From: Anaerolineae bacterium
GTDB taxonomy: Bacteria > Chloroflexota > Anaerolineae > B4-G1 > DUEL01
Reading direction: 5' to 3'
DNA: 50,920 nucleotides
Assembly: GCA_025060135.1 (NCBI GenBank)
Contig: JANXCY010000015.1
Span: 1-50,920 of the forward strand
Part shown: one piece after another, positions 32,639 through 42,823 of the stretch
How positions within the stretch are numbered: the first letter of the stretch is position 1
Layout of the letters: each line of letters begins with the position of its first letter
Notes under the pieces: model-generated
What the model was told of the DNA's origin: nothing
Database searches by the model: none
Seen by the model: the letters and a program-made list of their open reading frames with translations, nothing else
Made by a program: the position numbers and the translations under genes

Positions 32639-35600
32639 ATGAGGCGATTATCTCTTAGTGTTTTCATCACCCTGGGCATGGCACTGGTAGCCTTCGGCCT
32701 GGCGGCCTATCTGGCCCGTCCGGTATTGGGGCAATCCGCTTCCTGCGCAGTGCAATACACCGTGCGGAACGATTGGGGTACCGGCGCAACGGTCGATGTG
32801 GTCATTTATAACTATTCCGGTTCCCCCATCAACGGCTGGACTCTGACCTGGACTTTTCCCGGCAATCAGCAGATAACGCAAATGTGGAATGCCACGTACA
32901 CCCAGAATGGGCAGAACGTGGCAGCCACGAACGTGGATTACAACGCGACGATCCCGGCCAACGGAGGATCGGTCAATTTCGGATTCAACCTTGCTTATTC
33001 AGGAACCAATGGGAGTCCGACCAATTTTGCCTTGAACGGCCAGGCCTGTACGCTGGCCGGAGCCACACCAACGCCAACCGCAACCCCTACTCGCACACCA
33101 ACGCCAACCGCAACCCCCACTCAGACGCCGACACCTACACAGACACCGCCAAGTACCCCTCCCCCTACGGCTACACCGACTCCCACATCCACGCCTGTAC
33201 CCACTCCCACGCCTGTTATCTCCAATACTATTGGGGTGAATAAAACCGCCCTGCCGGCTCCCGGATGCCGGGAGTACACCGTAACGCTGAGTGTGACCGG
33301 CAACCCACCCCCCAAGCCGGTGGACGTCATCCTGGTGATTGACCGCTCCGGCAGCATGAATGAGCCCATCCCAGGCGATTCCAAGAAACCCATAGATTAT
33401 GCTAAAGAGGCGGCCCTCGCCTTTGCCCAGCAGATTCTCGCCAACTCCAACAACCGGGTGGCGATTGCCAGTTATTCCGATTCCGCTACGCTGAACCAGG
33501 GTCTGACCAACAACCTGACCGCTATACAGAATGCCATCAACGGCCTGAGCGCGAGTGGCTATACCAACATCCAGCAGGGCTTTTACGTCGCCCGCATGCA
33601 TATGCAGAGCGAGGGCCGTCCCATCACCACTACGGCCCGGGCCATCATTTTCCTGACGGATGGGGTGGCGAATCGCTCCGGAAGCAACCCGGTAACCCAG
33701 TGTGATACGTGGCCTACTACTCACACGACCTGTACCATCGCGGCCTATACCGAAGGGCAAACCGCTCAGTCCCAGGCGGTGATCTTCACCGTCGGACTGA
33801 TGGGCGCGATCACTCCCACCTACCAGAGTTCCTACTGGGTGGCCCGCGACACCCTGATCCGGGCCCAGAACGGCGGCTACTGGGAGACGCTCAGCGCGGC
33901 GAATCTAACCGCCATCTACAACCAGATTGCCACCCAGGTGAATCCGGCAGCGCTGGAAGCCGTGGCGACCGATGTGGTGGCTCAGGGCTTCCAGATCGTT
34001 CCCGGTAGTCTGAGCACCCCCCAGGGCACGGTGACCACTAACGGGAACGTTATCACCTGGACCCTGGGCACGGTGGTGAGTGGAACGGTCACGCTGACCT
34101 ATCGGGTGGTGGCGCTTCCGGGATATTCGGGTTCTCTGCCCACCAATGCCTCCGGTGTGCTGAAGTATGAGGACATCTATGGCAGCCAGCATCAGTTGTC
34201 TTTCCCGGTACCCACTGTGAATGTGCCGACCGATCTGGTCGCCAATGCCGGGCCGGATCGTCAGATTTCTATGGGCGGTTCGGCCCAGATCGGTGGGAAT
34301 CCTACTGCATCGGGTGGAATTCCGCCTTACACCTATAATTGGACACCCTCCACCGGCCTGAGCTGTACCAATTGTCCCAATCCCACCGCCTCGCCGACTC
34401 AGGATACGACCTACACTGTGAGCGTCTGCGATAGCGATGGCTGTGAGGCAACCGATAGCGTCTTCGTGGATGTTCTCCCCCAGGTCGCGCTTCACAAACG
34501 CGCGGCACCGACCAGCCGGCCTGAGCCTGGCGGCGTCTTTACCTACACGCTGACCATCACCAATACTTCCTCCGAAGCGGTAACCATCATCAACCTCAGC
34601 GATACATACCCGCTGAGCACACAGTGCCAGAATCTGGTGAGCACCTCCCTGGCCTCCGGAGCCTCCGTCTCCTGCCAGTACACGAGGGTCCACACCCTGC
34701 CCGCAACTTACAATAACACCGCCACGGTGACGGTGCGGGATAACGAAGGGAACGCAGCCTCCGCTCAGGCCAGTGCTTCGGTGCAGGTTACAGATGTCGT
34801 TCCTACCCCGGCCAACGTGGCCGTCGTTAAGGACGCCAATCCCACCAGCCTGCCAGAGCCTGGTGGCCGGGTGACCTTTACCGTGCAGGTAACCAACAAC
34901 TTTATAGAGCCGCTGACGCTGACCAGCCTGGTGGACAGCGTGCACGGCAACCTGCACAATCGGGGCACCTGCTCGGTCCCGCAGACCCTCCCGGTGAACG
35001 GCTCCTACACCTGCTGGTTCACGGCCACCGTCTCCGGCAACGCCGGGTACGTGGAGACGGATGTGATTACGGCAACGCTGCGGGACGATGAGAACAACAC
35101 GGTGCAAAAGTCGGACGACGCAACGGTAACGCTCACCGACGCGCGGCCCTCGGTCTCTATCGTCAAGACAGCGTCGGTCTCCAGCATGACCGAGCCCGGC
35201 GGAGTGGTGACCTTCACGCTGACGGTGGCAAACACCTCCGTTGAGACGGTGACCATCACCGTCCTCACGGATACCTACCCGCTGAGTTCGCAGTGTCAGG
35301 CGCTGATAGGTCGGGCGTTACCTCCGGCTGGTTCCGCATCCTGCCAGTATGCGGTGACGCTGACCAATGCGGGCGCTTACACCAACGTGGCTTCCGTGAC
35401 GGTGCGGGACGACGAGAACAACCCGGCCACTGCCACCGATAATGAGACGGTCACTATTGTAGACCGGAAGCCCACCGCGGCGGACGTGGAGGTGGTGAAG
35501 GACGCCAACCCCACCAGCGTGGCCGAGCCGGGCGGCGTGGTCACCTTCACGGCGCGGGTGACGAATCGGTTCGTGGAGCCGCTGACGCTGACCAGCCTGG

Positions 35601-37375
35601 TGGACAGCGTGCACGGCAACCTGCACAATCGGGGCACCTGCTCGGTCCCGCAGACCCTCCCGGTGAACGGCTCCTACACCTGCTGGTTCACCGCCACCGT
35701 CTCCGGCAACGCCGGGTACGTGGAACGGGATGTCATTACGGCGACACTGCAGGACGACGAGAATAACCTGACGGAGGATTCCAACAGCGCGGAGGTGGCA
35801 GTTGCCGGTATCCGCCTGACCAAGTCGCCTGATCCGGCCATCGTCCACGCAGGCGATAGCGTCACTTACGTTTATACGGTGACAAATCCGGGCGTAAAGG
35901 CCCTCACTGTCCAGAGCCTCACGGACAATCGCTGCAGCCCGGTCGCTTTCCGGAGCGGAGACACCGATGGAGATAACCGGCTGGATCCGGGCGAGACTTG
36001 GGTCTACACTTGCCAGCAGACGATTACTGCGGACACGACCAACATCGCCACCGTGGTCGGTGTGGATGAGGGCGGAGCCCGGGTCACGGCCCAGGCCACA
36101 GCCTTCGTGGACGTCATCACGCCGGCGATTGACGTCTCCCTCTCCGCACCGCTGACCACCACCAGTGGCGTCTTGCTGCCCTACACCATCGTCTTCACCA
36201 ATACCGGCGATACGCCGCTCTATAACGTCGTGGTGGCCGATGACCTCACCGGCTTTGTCTGGACCGGCACGCTGGCGCCAGGCGAAAGCCATACCTATGG
36301 GGTCAGTTACACGGTCCAGACGGGCGTGGTCGGCCCGGTGATCACCAACACGGTAACAGCGACCGGCACGGACAGGCTGGGTAAGACCGTCCGGGATACT
36401 GACTCGGTCGTTACCCTCGTGGTGGTGGACGAGGACGCGATCCCAGAGGGCCCAGAGGACAGCGGCGACATCGACGGCGATGGCATTCCCAACTACTGGG
36501 ACCTGGATGACGACCAGGATGGCATCCCGGATGTCCAGGAAGGCTGGGACGATACCGACGGCGACAGCATTCCGGATTGCCGCGATAGCGACTCGGACAA
36601 CGACGGCATCCCGGATGCCATAGAGGGCTGGACCGACACCGACGGTGACGGCATCCCGGACTTTCGCGACCGGGATTCAGACAACGACGGGATCCCGGAT
36701 GCAGTTGAGGGCTGGGACGACCTGGACGGCGACGGTATTCCCAACTTCCGTGACCTGGATTCGGACGATGATGGCATCCCAGACGCCGTAGAGGGCGCAG
36801 TGGATACCGACGGCGACGGCATCCCGGACTTTCTGGACTGGGATAGCGATGCCGACGGCATCCCGGATTCCATTGAAGGCTCCGAGGACGCCGATGGCGA
36901 CGGGCTGCCCAACTTCCGCGACACCGATTCCGATGGGGATGGGATCCCGGATGCTATAGAGGGCTGGGGCGACACCGACGGCGACTATGTGCCCGACTAT
37001 CTGGACCAGGACAGCGACAACGATGGAATCCCGGATTCGGTAGAGGGCGCGGGTGACGCCGATCGGGATGGCACCCCCAACTTCCGCGACCTGGATTCCG
37101 ATGGCGACGGCATCCTGGATAAGGACGAGTATAGCGAGGGAGCCAGCAATCCGCTCGGCTGGTGCCCGCCCACCCATTCGGTCTGCTTCAACAACGACGT
37201 GGACGGCGACGGCATCCCCAACTTCCTGGACACCGACTCCGACGGCGACGGGAAACCGGACCAGGACGAGGGCACCGGCGATACCGACGGCGACGGTATC
37301 CCCAACTGGCTGGACCGTGAAGACCGCCGCTGGTTCCGGGTCTACCTGCCACTGGTCATTCGGATGAGCCAGTAA
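32639..37375 (+). CDS. Giant secreted multidomain protein: signal peptide, CBM2 carbohydrate-binding module, Pro/Thr linker, VWA domain, 4 DUF11-type repeat modules, ~12 Asp-rich TSP3-like Ca-binding repeats, conserved C-terminal [11 protein letters not shown] tail
   Basis: Signal peptide [29 protein letters not shown]2 region [14 protein letters not shown]...[16 protein letters not shown] linker. VWA motif [15 protein letters not shown]11 repeats [17 protein letters not shown]. Repeats of [27 protein letters not shown]. The ORF track start 32576 is an alternative. Confidence 0.85.
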   Translation: MRRLSLSVFITLGMALVAFGLAAYLARPVLGQSASCAVQYTVRNDWGTGATVDVVIYNYSGSPINGWTLTWTFPGNQQITQMWNATYTQNGQNVAATNVDYNATIPANGGSVNFGFNLAYSGTNGSPTNFALNGQACTLAGATPTPTATPTRTPTPTATPTQTPTPTQTPPSTPPPTATPTPTSTPVPTPTPVISNTIGVNKTALPAPGCREYTVTLSVTGNPPPKPVDVILVIDRSGSMNEPIPGDSKKPIDYAKEAALAFAQQILANSNNRVAIASYSDSATLNQGLTNNLTAIQNAINGLSASGYTNIQQGFYVARMHMQSEGRPITTTARAIIFLTDGVANRSGSNPVTQCDTWPTTHTTCTIAAYTEGQTAQSQAVIFTVGLMGAITPTYQSSYWVARDTLIRAQNGGYWETLSAANLTAIYNQIATQVNPAALEAVATDVVAQGFQIVPGSLSTPQGTVTTNGNVITWTLGTVVSGTVTLTYRVVALPGYSGSLPTNASGVLKYEDIYGSQHQLSFPVPTVNVPTDLVANAGPDRQISMGGSAQIGGNPTASGGIPPYTYNWTPSTGLSCTNCPNPTASPTQDTTYTVSVCDSDGCEATDSVFVDVLPQVALHKRAAPTSRPEPGGVFTYTLTITNTSSEAVTIINLSDTYPLSTQCQNLVSTSLASGASVSCQYTRVHTLPATYNNTATVTVRDNEGNAASAQASASVQVTDVVPTPANVAVVKDANPTSLPEPGGRVTFTVQVTNNFIEPLTLTSLVDSVHGNLHNRGTCSVPQTLPVNGSYTCWFTATVSGNAGYVETDVITATLRDDENNTVQKSDDATVTLTDARPSVSIVKTASVSSMTEPGGVVTFTLTVANTSVETVTITVLTDTYPLSSQCQALIGRALPPAGSASCQYAVTLTNAGAYTNVASVTVRDDENNPATATDNETVTIVDRKPTAADVEVVKDANPTSVAEPGGVVTFTARVTNRFVEPLTLTSLVDSVHGNLHNRGTCSVPQTLPVNGSYTCWFTATVSGNAGYVERDVITATLQDDENNLTEDSNSAEVAVAGIRLTKSPDPAIVHAGDSVTYVYTVTNPGVKALTVQSLTDNRCSPVAFRSGDTDGDNRLDPGETWVYTCQQTITADTTNIATVVGVDEGGARVTAQATAFVDVITPAIDVSLSAPLTTTSGVLLPYTIVFTNTGDTPLYNVVVADDLTGFVWTGTLAPGESHTYGVSYTVQTGVVGPVITNTVTATGTDRLGKTVRDTDSVVTLVVVDEDAIPEGPEDSGDIDGDGIPNYWDLDDDQDGIPDVQEGWDDTDGDSIPDCRDSDSDNDGIPDAIEGWTDTDGDGIPDFRDRDSDNDGIPDAVEGWDDLDGDGIPNFRDLDSDDDGIPDAVEGAVDTDGDGIPDFLDWDSDADGIPDSIEGSEDADGDGLPNFRDTDSDGDGIPDAIEGWGDTDGDYVPDYLDQDSDNDGIPDSVEGAGDADRDGTPNFRDLDSDGDGILDKDEYSEGASNPLGWCPPTHSVCFNNDVDGDGIPNFLDTDSDGDGKPDQDEGTGDTDGDGIPNWLDREDRRWFRVYLPLVIRMSQ

Positions 37376-37394
37376 GAAGAGGGATAGGGAGAGA

Positions 37395-37446
37395 GGTGAC
37401 AGTCACCGGGCCGGGTGACTGTCACCTGATTTTTGTCAATTTTTTT
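37395..37446 (+). terminator. Intrinsic terminator: 13-bp perfect stem ggtgacagtcacc/ggtgactgtcacc, loop gggccg, then a T-rich tract
   Basis: Each arm is itself palindromic. Followed by tgatttttgtcaattttttt, then the AAGGAGG RBS of the next gene. Confidence 0.7.
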
Positions 37447-37460
37447 AGAAGGAGGTCCTC

Positions 37461-40400
37461 ATGGCTCAATTCCGCAAATCACTGGTGATGCTTCCGGTTC
37501 TGCTGGCCCTGGCGGCTCTGGTGTTCCTGCTGACCCTGAACGCTCCACCCACCCGGGCGAACGGAGGTTGTACTTTCACCGTGAACTCTACAAGCGACGC
37601 TGGCGACGCGAACCTCGGCGATGGGCAGTGTAATGATGGCACAGGAAAGTGCACGCTGCGCGCCGCGATTCAGCAGGCGAACATCTCTCCCTGCTCCGGC
37701 CACGACACTATCCAATTTTCCACGGCCATATCCGGCCAGGTCATCACGATATCCTCAGCGCTGGACCTGCTGGATGAAGATGGGGTCACCATCAACGGCG
37801 ACATCAACGGTGATGGCCGACCGGACATCCGGCTGCGGTATGGATCCGGTGAGATCAGCGGCCTCCGCGTCCGCTCGTCCAACAACGTGATCCGGGGCCT
37901 GAGTATCGGGGGCTTTCCCTCCGGCGCGGCGGGTATCTACCTCCAGGGTACCGCCTGGGCGGTGAACAGCAACACCATCATCAGTAACTTCATCGGCGTG
38001 GACCTGGATGGGACAACCGCCGTTTCCAATGTGACGGGCATTTACGTAGAATCCGGCCTCAGCGGCGCGGCGGGCAACGTGATCCGGGGCAACCTGGTCG
38101 CGGGCAACAGCGGGCGCGGCATCGCTGTGGAGGGACCGGCCACCGGCACGCTAATTATCGCGAACCGGGTTGGCACTAACCTGGCTGGCACCGCGGCGCT
38201 GACCAATACTGGGAGCGGCATCTGGATCAGCGCGACAGTGAGCGTGACGGTCCAGGAGAACCTGGTCTCGGGCAACAACGGCAACGGGATTTCCATCTAC
38301 AGGGCCCAGAATACCGCCGTCCTGAGCAACATCGTGGGCCTGAACGCGGCCGGAACGGCGGCGCTGCCCAACTTGGGCACGGCGGGGATCCTGATTGACC
38401 AGAACGCCAGCGGCACCACCCTGCGCGGCAACACCGTCTCCGGCAACCGGAATAACGGTATCTACCTGGGTTCAGGCGTGACCGGGACGGTCATCGCCGG
38501 CAACCGCATCGGCACCAACCCGGCCGGCACGGTAGGCATCGGGAACGGGATCGCCACGAACCGGGACGGCATCCAGATTGACGGCGCCTCCAACACCACC
38601 GTCGGTGGCCCTAACCCCGGAGACCGCAACATCATCGCCGCGAACAAGCGAGCGGGCATCCTGATTGCCGGTGATACCGCTGACAACAACGTCATCCAGA
38701 ACAACTACATTGGCACCGACGTGTCCGGCCAACTGGACATTGGCAACGGCTACCCTCTAACCGTAGAGGATACCGGCCACGGCGGCATCTACATCGGGGA
38801 TGGCTCGGATAACAACCTGATCCAGAGCAACCTTGTTCGTTTCAACTACATCGGTATCCGCTTCTCGGGCGTCGGCAATATCCCGCCACAGGGCAACCAG
38901 GTTCTGAGCAACACCATCACCAATAACGACATGTACGGCATCGCCAGCCGGGTGACGCACAATAACACCAGCCGGCCCACACCCGCAGGCGGCGATACCC
39001 TCATCGCCCACAACGTCATCACCGGAACCGGCTACCCCGCGATGGGCACCGGCATCGGCATCTACAACCTGGGCGCCTCGCCACATATCCTGATGAACAC
39101 CATTGCGTCCAACAAGGACATCGGCATCGTCAACCGGGTGGAGTTTGGTGTAGACGGTCCGGCGAACGCCTCAGACGACATCCTCTCAGTCCCGTACATC
39201 TTCGGGAACACCATTGACGGCAACGGGAACGACGGCATCCAGTCCCGGGATACAGCGCCGCTCAACCGGTACACGCTGCACGTGGATAACAACATTGGCA
39301 ACAACAACGGCCAGCCGGACGTCTCCCAGCGCTGGTTCGGCGCGGTGGAGGCGATCACCGGTACTCAGCCGATTATCGCTGGCCTGGTGGTGACGGTGAC
39401 CAAGACCGGGGGTGTCGGATCCGCCTGCGCGGTGGGCGCCTGCTCGGGCAACGTCCAGGACGGCGGCGCATGGGGGCCGGCGGGCTTTGTCTACACCGAC
39501 GTGGAAAAGCCCGATGGCACCAGCACCTGGTTTGAGATCATTGAGTTTGAGATAGAATGGGATGGCCGCTGGATCACCTACACACCCCACTACGTCCAGG
39601 TCGGTGGAGCGCACGGGGGCGCGCGGGCCTTCTCCTTTGACGGCGTCACCACCACCCAGGAGGTTACCGGCGACGTGGGCCTGCCCACCTGCATCCCGAC
39701 CGGTATCCTGAACAACCCGCAGCACTCCTTCTGCCGCTACCAGATCGCGCAGGTGCGGGTCTATCGCCCCGGTACAGATGAGGACCAGGACGGCATCCCC
39801 AACGAGCAGGAAGGGACCGGCGACACCGACGGCGACGGCATCCCCGACTACCTGGACACCGACTCCGACAACGACGGCATCCCGGACGCCGTGGAAGGGA
39901 CCAGGGACACCGACGGCGATGGCATCCCCGACTTTCGCGATCCGGATTCCGATAACGACGGCATCCCGGACGCCGTGGAAGGGAACGTGGACACCGATGG
40001 CGATGGCACGCCGGATTACCGCGATACCGACTCGGACAACGACGGTATCCCGGATGACGTAGAATACGATAACTGCCAGACTCCGCCCTGCGACGCCGAC
40101 GGCGATGGCATCCCCGATTTCCGCGAGCGGGATAGCGACAACGACGGCGTGACCGACAACGCCGAAGGCACCGGCGACACCGACGGTGATGGCATTCCCA
40201 ACTACCGGGATACCGACTCGGACAACGATGGCATCCCCGACGGCCAGGACCCCGATGACGACGGCGACGGTATCCCGGATACAGCAGAAGGGCTGACGGA
40301 TAATCCGGGCAACGACTGGGACTCCTCGGTGGACACCGACGGCGACGGCCTGCCGGACTATCTGGACCGCGATAGCGACAACGACCAGGTGCCGGACTGG

Positions 40401-40805
40401 ATGGAGGCCGGGTGCACGCAACAGCCCTCCGGGAATCAGACCTGCCCCAATCCCAACCGGGATAGCGATGGCGACGGGAAACCGGACCGCCTAGATAACG
40501 ACGATGATGGGGATGGCATCCCGACGGCGAACGAATACTACGCCGGTTCCACCGACCAGCCCTTCTGCACCGATCCCGCTGGGCTGGATACCGACCGGGA
40601 CGGCACCGTCAACTGCCAGGACAACGACGTGGACGGCGACGGCATCCCCAACTACCTGGACCGGGACTCGGACAACGACGGCACACCGGACCGGAACGAG
40701 AGCACGACCCAGCCCAACCCGCCGCCGTTCGGGCATGGGAATGTCCCGGCGTGGATTGATCCGATGTGGCGGATCTATCTGCCGCTGGTGCTGCGGAACT
40801 ACTGA
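37461..40805 (+). CDS. Giant secreted protein: signal peptide, CSLREA-type N-terminal motif ([11 protein letters not shown]), right-handed parallel beta-helix repeats, ~14 Asp-rich TSP3-like repeats, conserved C-terminal [11 protein letters not shown] tail
   Basis: Signal peptide [24 protein letters not shown]. Repeated NxxxGNxxxGNxxxGI beta-helix rungs. [15 protein letters not shown] repeats. C-terminus aligns with the upstream giant protein. Confidence 0.85.
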   Translation: MAQFRKSLVMLPVLLALAALVFLLTLNAPPTRANGGCTFTVNSTSDAGDANLGDGQCNDGTGKCTLRAAIQQANISPCSGHDTIQFSTAISGQVITISSALDLLDEDGVTINGDINGDGRPDIRLRYGSGEISGLRVRSSNNVIRGLSIGGFPSGAAGIYLQGTAWAVNSNTIISNFIGVDLDGTTAVSNVTGIYVESGLSGAAGNVIRGNLVAGNSGRGIAVEGPATGTLIIANRVGTNLAGTAALTNTGSGIWISATVSVTVQENLVSGNNGNGISIYRAQNTAVLSNIVGLNAAGTAALPNLGTAGILIDQNASGTTLRGNTVSGNRNNGIYLGSGVTGTVIAGNRIGTNPAGTVGIGNGIATNRDGIQIDGASNTTVGGPNPGDRNIIAANKRAGILIAGDTADNNVIQNNYIGTDVSGQLDIGNGYPLTVEDTGHGGIYIGDGSDNNLIQSNLVRFNYIGIRFSGVGNIPPQGNQVLSNTITNNDMYGIASRVTHNNTSRPTPAGGDTLIAHNVITGTGYPAMGTGIGIYNLGASPHILMNTIASNKDIGIVNRVEFGVDGPANASDDILSVPYIFGNTIDGNGNDGIQSRDTAPLNRYTLHVDNNIGNNNGQPDVSQRWFGAVEAITGTQPIIAGLVVTVTKTGGVGSACAVGACSGNVQDGGAWGPAGFVYTDVEKPDGTSTWFEIIEFEIEWDGRWITYTPHYVQVGGAHGGARAFSFDGVTTTQEVTGDVGLPTCIPTGILNNPQHSFCRYQIAQVRVYRPGTDEDQDGIPNEQEGTGDTDGDGIPDYLDTDSDNDGIPDAVEGTRDTDGDGIPDFRDPDSDNDGIPDAVEGNVDTDGDGTPDYRDTDSDNDGIPDDVEYDNCQTPPCDADGDGIPDFRERDSDNDGVTDNAEGTGDTDGDGIPNYRDTDSDNDGIPDGQDPDDDGDGIPDTAEGLTDNPGNDWDSSVDTDGDGLPDYLDRDSDNDQVPDWMEAGCTQQPSGNQTCPNPNRDSDGDGKPDRLDNDDDGDGIPTANEYYAGSTDQPFCTDPAGLDTDRDGTVNCQDNDVDGDGIPNYLDRDSDNDGTPDRNESTTQPNPPPFGHGNVPAWIDPMWRIYLPLVLRNY

Positions 40806-40843
40806 TTCGCATTTGCGTCCTTCCACGCCGCTGTTGTTGAACC

Positions 40844-40876
40844 AAAAGCCGGGGGCTGTGGCCCCCGGCTTTTTGA
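40844..40876. terminator. Bidirectional intrinsic terminator aaaagccgggggc-tgtg-gcccccggcttttt
   Basis: 9-bp GC stem flanked by A and T runs, in the convergent gap with the response regulator. Confidence 0.75.
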
Positions 40877-40920
40877 TGCGAGCATGTCCGCAAAAGCCTG
40901 CTCTCCGAGAATGGAGCGGT

Positions 40921-40967
40921 GTACCGCAGGCCGCCAGGCCTGTGCGTGCAGGCTCACAGCCTGCGCC
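40921..40967. repeat. Second copy of the ~45-bp structured repeat (ccgcaggccgccaggcctgtgcgtgcaggctcacagcctgcgcc)
   Basis: Direct-orientation near-copy of 31266-31308. Confidence 0.55.
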
Positions 40968-41164
40968 ACGCCATCTTTAGCATTATTGAGTCCCCTCCAA
41001 AAGCCCGTTTCACCGCCGAGACGCAGAGCACGCAGAGGCTTTATTGGAGAAGCCTGCGCGCTCGGCATCTCTGCGGTGAGTTTTTGCAGTAGATTCACAT
41101 TTTCAGATTTGCTCTTCAAAGGGAGTTTACGGCAGTCCAAGGTGGCCGCCAAACTGCACACGGC

Positions 41165-41863
41165 TCACTCGGGGGAAAAGAAATATCCCCGCCCCCGTTC
41201 GGTGCGGATAAACCGGGGCCGATGAGGGTTATCCTCTATCTTCTGCCGGAGACGGCAGATATACCACTTCACCTGCCGGATGTCGGAACTGCTATCTGGC
41301 CCCCAGATGGCCTGATAGATGGCTTCCGGGGAGAGAACATACCCGGCCCGTTCCGCCAGGAACAGGAGCAGACCGTACTCCGTGGGGCTGAGCGGGACTT
41401 CTTTCCCCCGCAGGAATACCTGTCCCAGATCACGATTAATGACCAGGTCTCCTCTTCCGAAACGGAGCACTCTTTGTGGCGATGCCCGTAATTGGGAGCG
41501 ACGGAGGAGAGCCCGGATCCGGGCAACCAGTTCTGCGGGGTGGAACGGTTTGACCATGTAGTCATCCGCTCCCCGGTTCAGTCCTTCCACCACTGCCTCC
41601 ACGTTATCCACTGCGGTCAGAAACAGAATGGGGACCGGAGACTGGCGCCGGATGCGCTGGCAGACTTCTTTCCCATCCAGCCCGGGCATCAGGAGGTCCA
41701 GGATGATCAGGTCGGGGGCGACCTGATTCAGGGAATGGAGAGCGGTGGCCCCATCGGAGGCTGTGTACACGGCGAACCCGTGGGCCTCCAACAGGGTCCG
41801 CAAGATGGTCAGAATTTCCGGATCGTCGTCTACCACCAGAATGCGTTCTTTTTCCCGGCTCAT
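41165..41863 (-). CDS. OmpR/PhoB-family response regulator, paralog of 31646-32335 (~60% identity), orphan
   Basis: ILVVDDDPE...DLIILDLLMPGLDG ... GRGYFF. Confidence 0.85.
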   Translation of the reverse strand: MSREKERILVVDDDPEILTILRTLLEAHGFAVYTASDGATALHSLNQVAPDLIILDLLMPGLDGKEVCQRIRRQSPVPILFLTAVDNVEAVVEGLNRGADDYMVKPFHPAELVARIRALLRRSQLRASPQRVLRFGRGDLVINRDLGQVFLRGKEVPLSPTEYGLLLFLAERAGYVLSPEAIYQAIWGPDSSSDIRQVKWYICRLRQKIEDNPHRPRFIRTERGRGYFFSPE

Positions 41864-41890
41864 ACTGGTAACCTTTCTACTGGGGTGGCG

Positions 41891-42814
41891 TTATGGAGCG
41901 CTCCATGCACACAGGACCTGCCGGATGGCCTCCTGCCATTCGGGAGGGGCGTTTCGCATCCGCCGTCGCATCCCGATGAGGACCAGTACCCGGGCCAGGT
42001 AGCGAGTGAGCGGCCCGTGATGGCGGGCGTAGAGCCGCGCCCGGCTGGTCCACAGGTGAACGAAGGAGGAGATGGGAACCTGGCCTGTGGAGCGTCCGGC
42101 GTGATGGACCACCCGCGCGGCCGGGACGCAGAGGGCCTTCCAACCGGACCGCCGCATCCGCCAGCACCAGTCAATCTCTTCGCAGTAGAGGGGGTATCCC
42201 TCATCCAGCAGTCCCACGTCCTGCACGGCCTCCGTGCGGACCATCATCGCCGCGCCCAGTGGGTGGTCTACCTGGAACGGGGTCTCTCGCTCATAGAGGT
42301 GGCGCGGGTAGCGGCCATTCAGCGGGCTCTCGTAAAGACGGGAAGGAAGAGGGAAGAGGTCAAACACCAGTTGGGCCAGTCCCGGAAAGCGGAAAGCGGA
42401 ATGCTGGAGAGAACCGTCCGGGTAGAGGAGTTGGGCACCGGCCACGCCGACGCGGGGACGGGCCTCCATCGCGGCGACGAGGGCTGCCGTTGCGCCGGGG
42501 AGGACTTCGGTATCGGGGTTCAGCAGCCAGAAGTAGCGGGGTGGGGTCGCCTCCAGGGCAGCCCGGATGGCCAGGTTATTGGCAGCGGCGAAGCCGGGGT
42601 TATCCCGCCGGGCCATCAGGCGGACCGTGGGGAACGCGCGGGCAATAGCCTCCGGCGTGCCGTCGGTGGAGCCGTTATCCACCACCCAGAGATCGGCGAG
42701 GAGGTCCGCTCGTTCCAGGTCGGCCTGAAGGGAACGCAGGCAGGCCATCAGCAGGTCCCGCACGTTCCAACTGACAATGATAACGGTCAGCGTTAAGCCC
42801 GAAGGCAGTAACAT
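41891..42814 (-). CDS. Family 2 glycosyltransferase
   Basis: VIIVSWN, VVDNGSTDGT, EEIDWCWR. Confidence 0.8.
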   Translation of the reverse strand: MLLPSGLTLTVIIVSWNVRDLLMACLRSLQADLERADLLADLWVVDNGSTDGTPEAIARAFPTVRLMARRDNPGFAAANNLAIRAALEATPPRYFWLLNPDTEVLPGATAALVAAMEARPRVGVAGAQLLYPDGSLQHSAFRFPGLAQLVFDLFPLPSRLYESPLNGRYPRHLYERETPFQVDHPLGAAMMVRTEAVQDVGLLDEGYPLYCEEIDWCWRMRRSGWKALCVPAARVVHHAGRSTGQVPISSFVHLWTSRARLYARHHGPLTRYLARVLVLIGMRRRMRNAPPEWQEAIRQVLCAWSAP

Positions 42815-42823
42815 CGATGCAAT

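Noticed and set aside
36480-37330. Periodic ~90-bp DNA repeats (also 39780..40720) that could be mistaken for a CRISPR or tandem satellite array
   Set aside because: They are in-frame coding repeats for Asp-rich DxDxDGIPD units within the giant proteins. They have no repeat-spacer architecture and no cas genes.
41040-41164. Possible terminator or sRNA in the AT-richer region downstream of RR2
   Set aside because: Only imperfect, long-looped dyad symmetry (cgcagag...ctctgcg). Not convincing as an intrinsic terminator.
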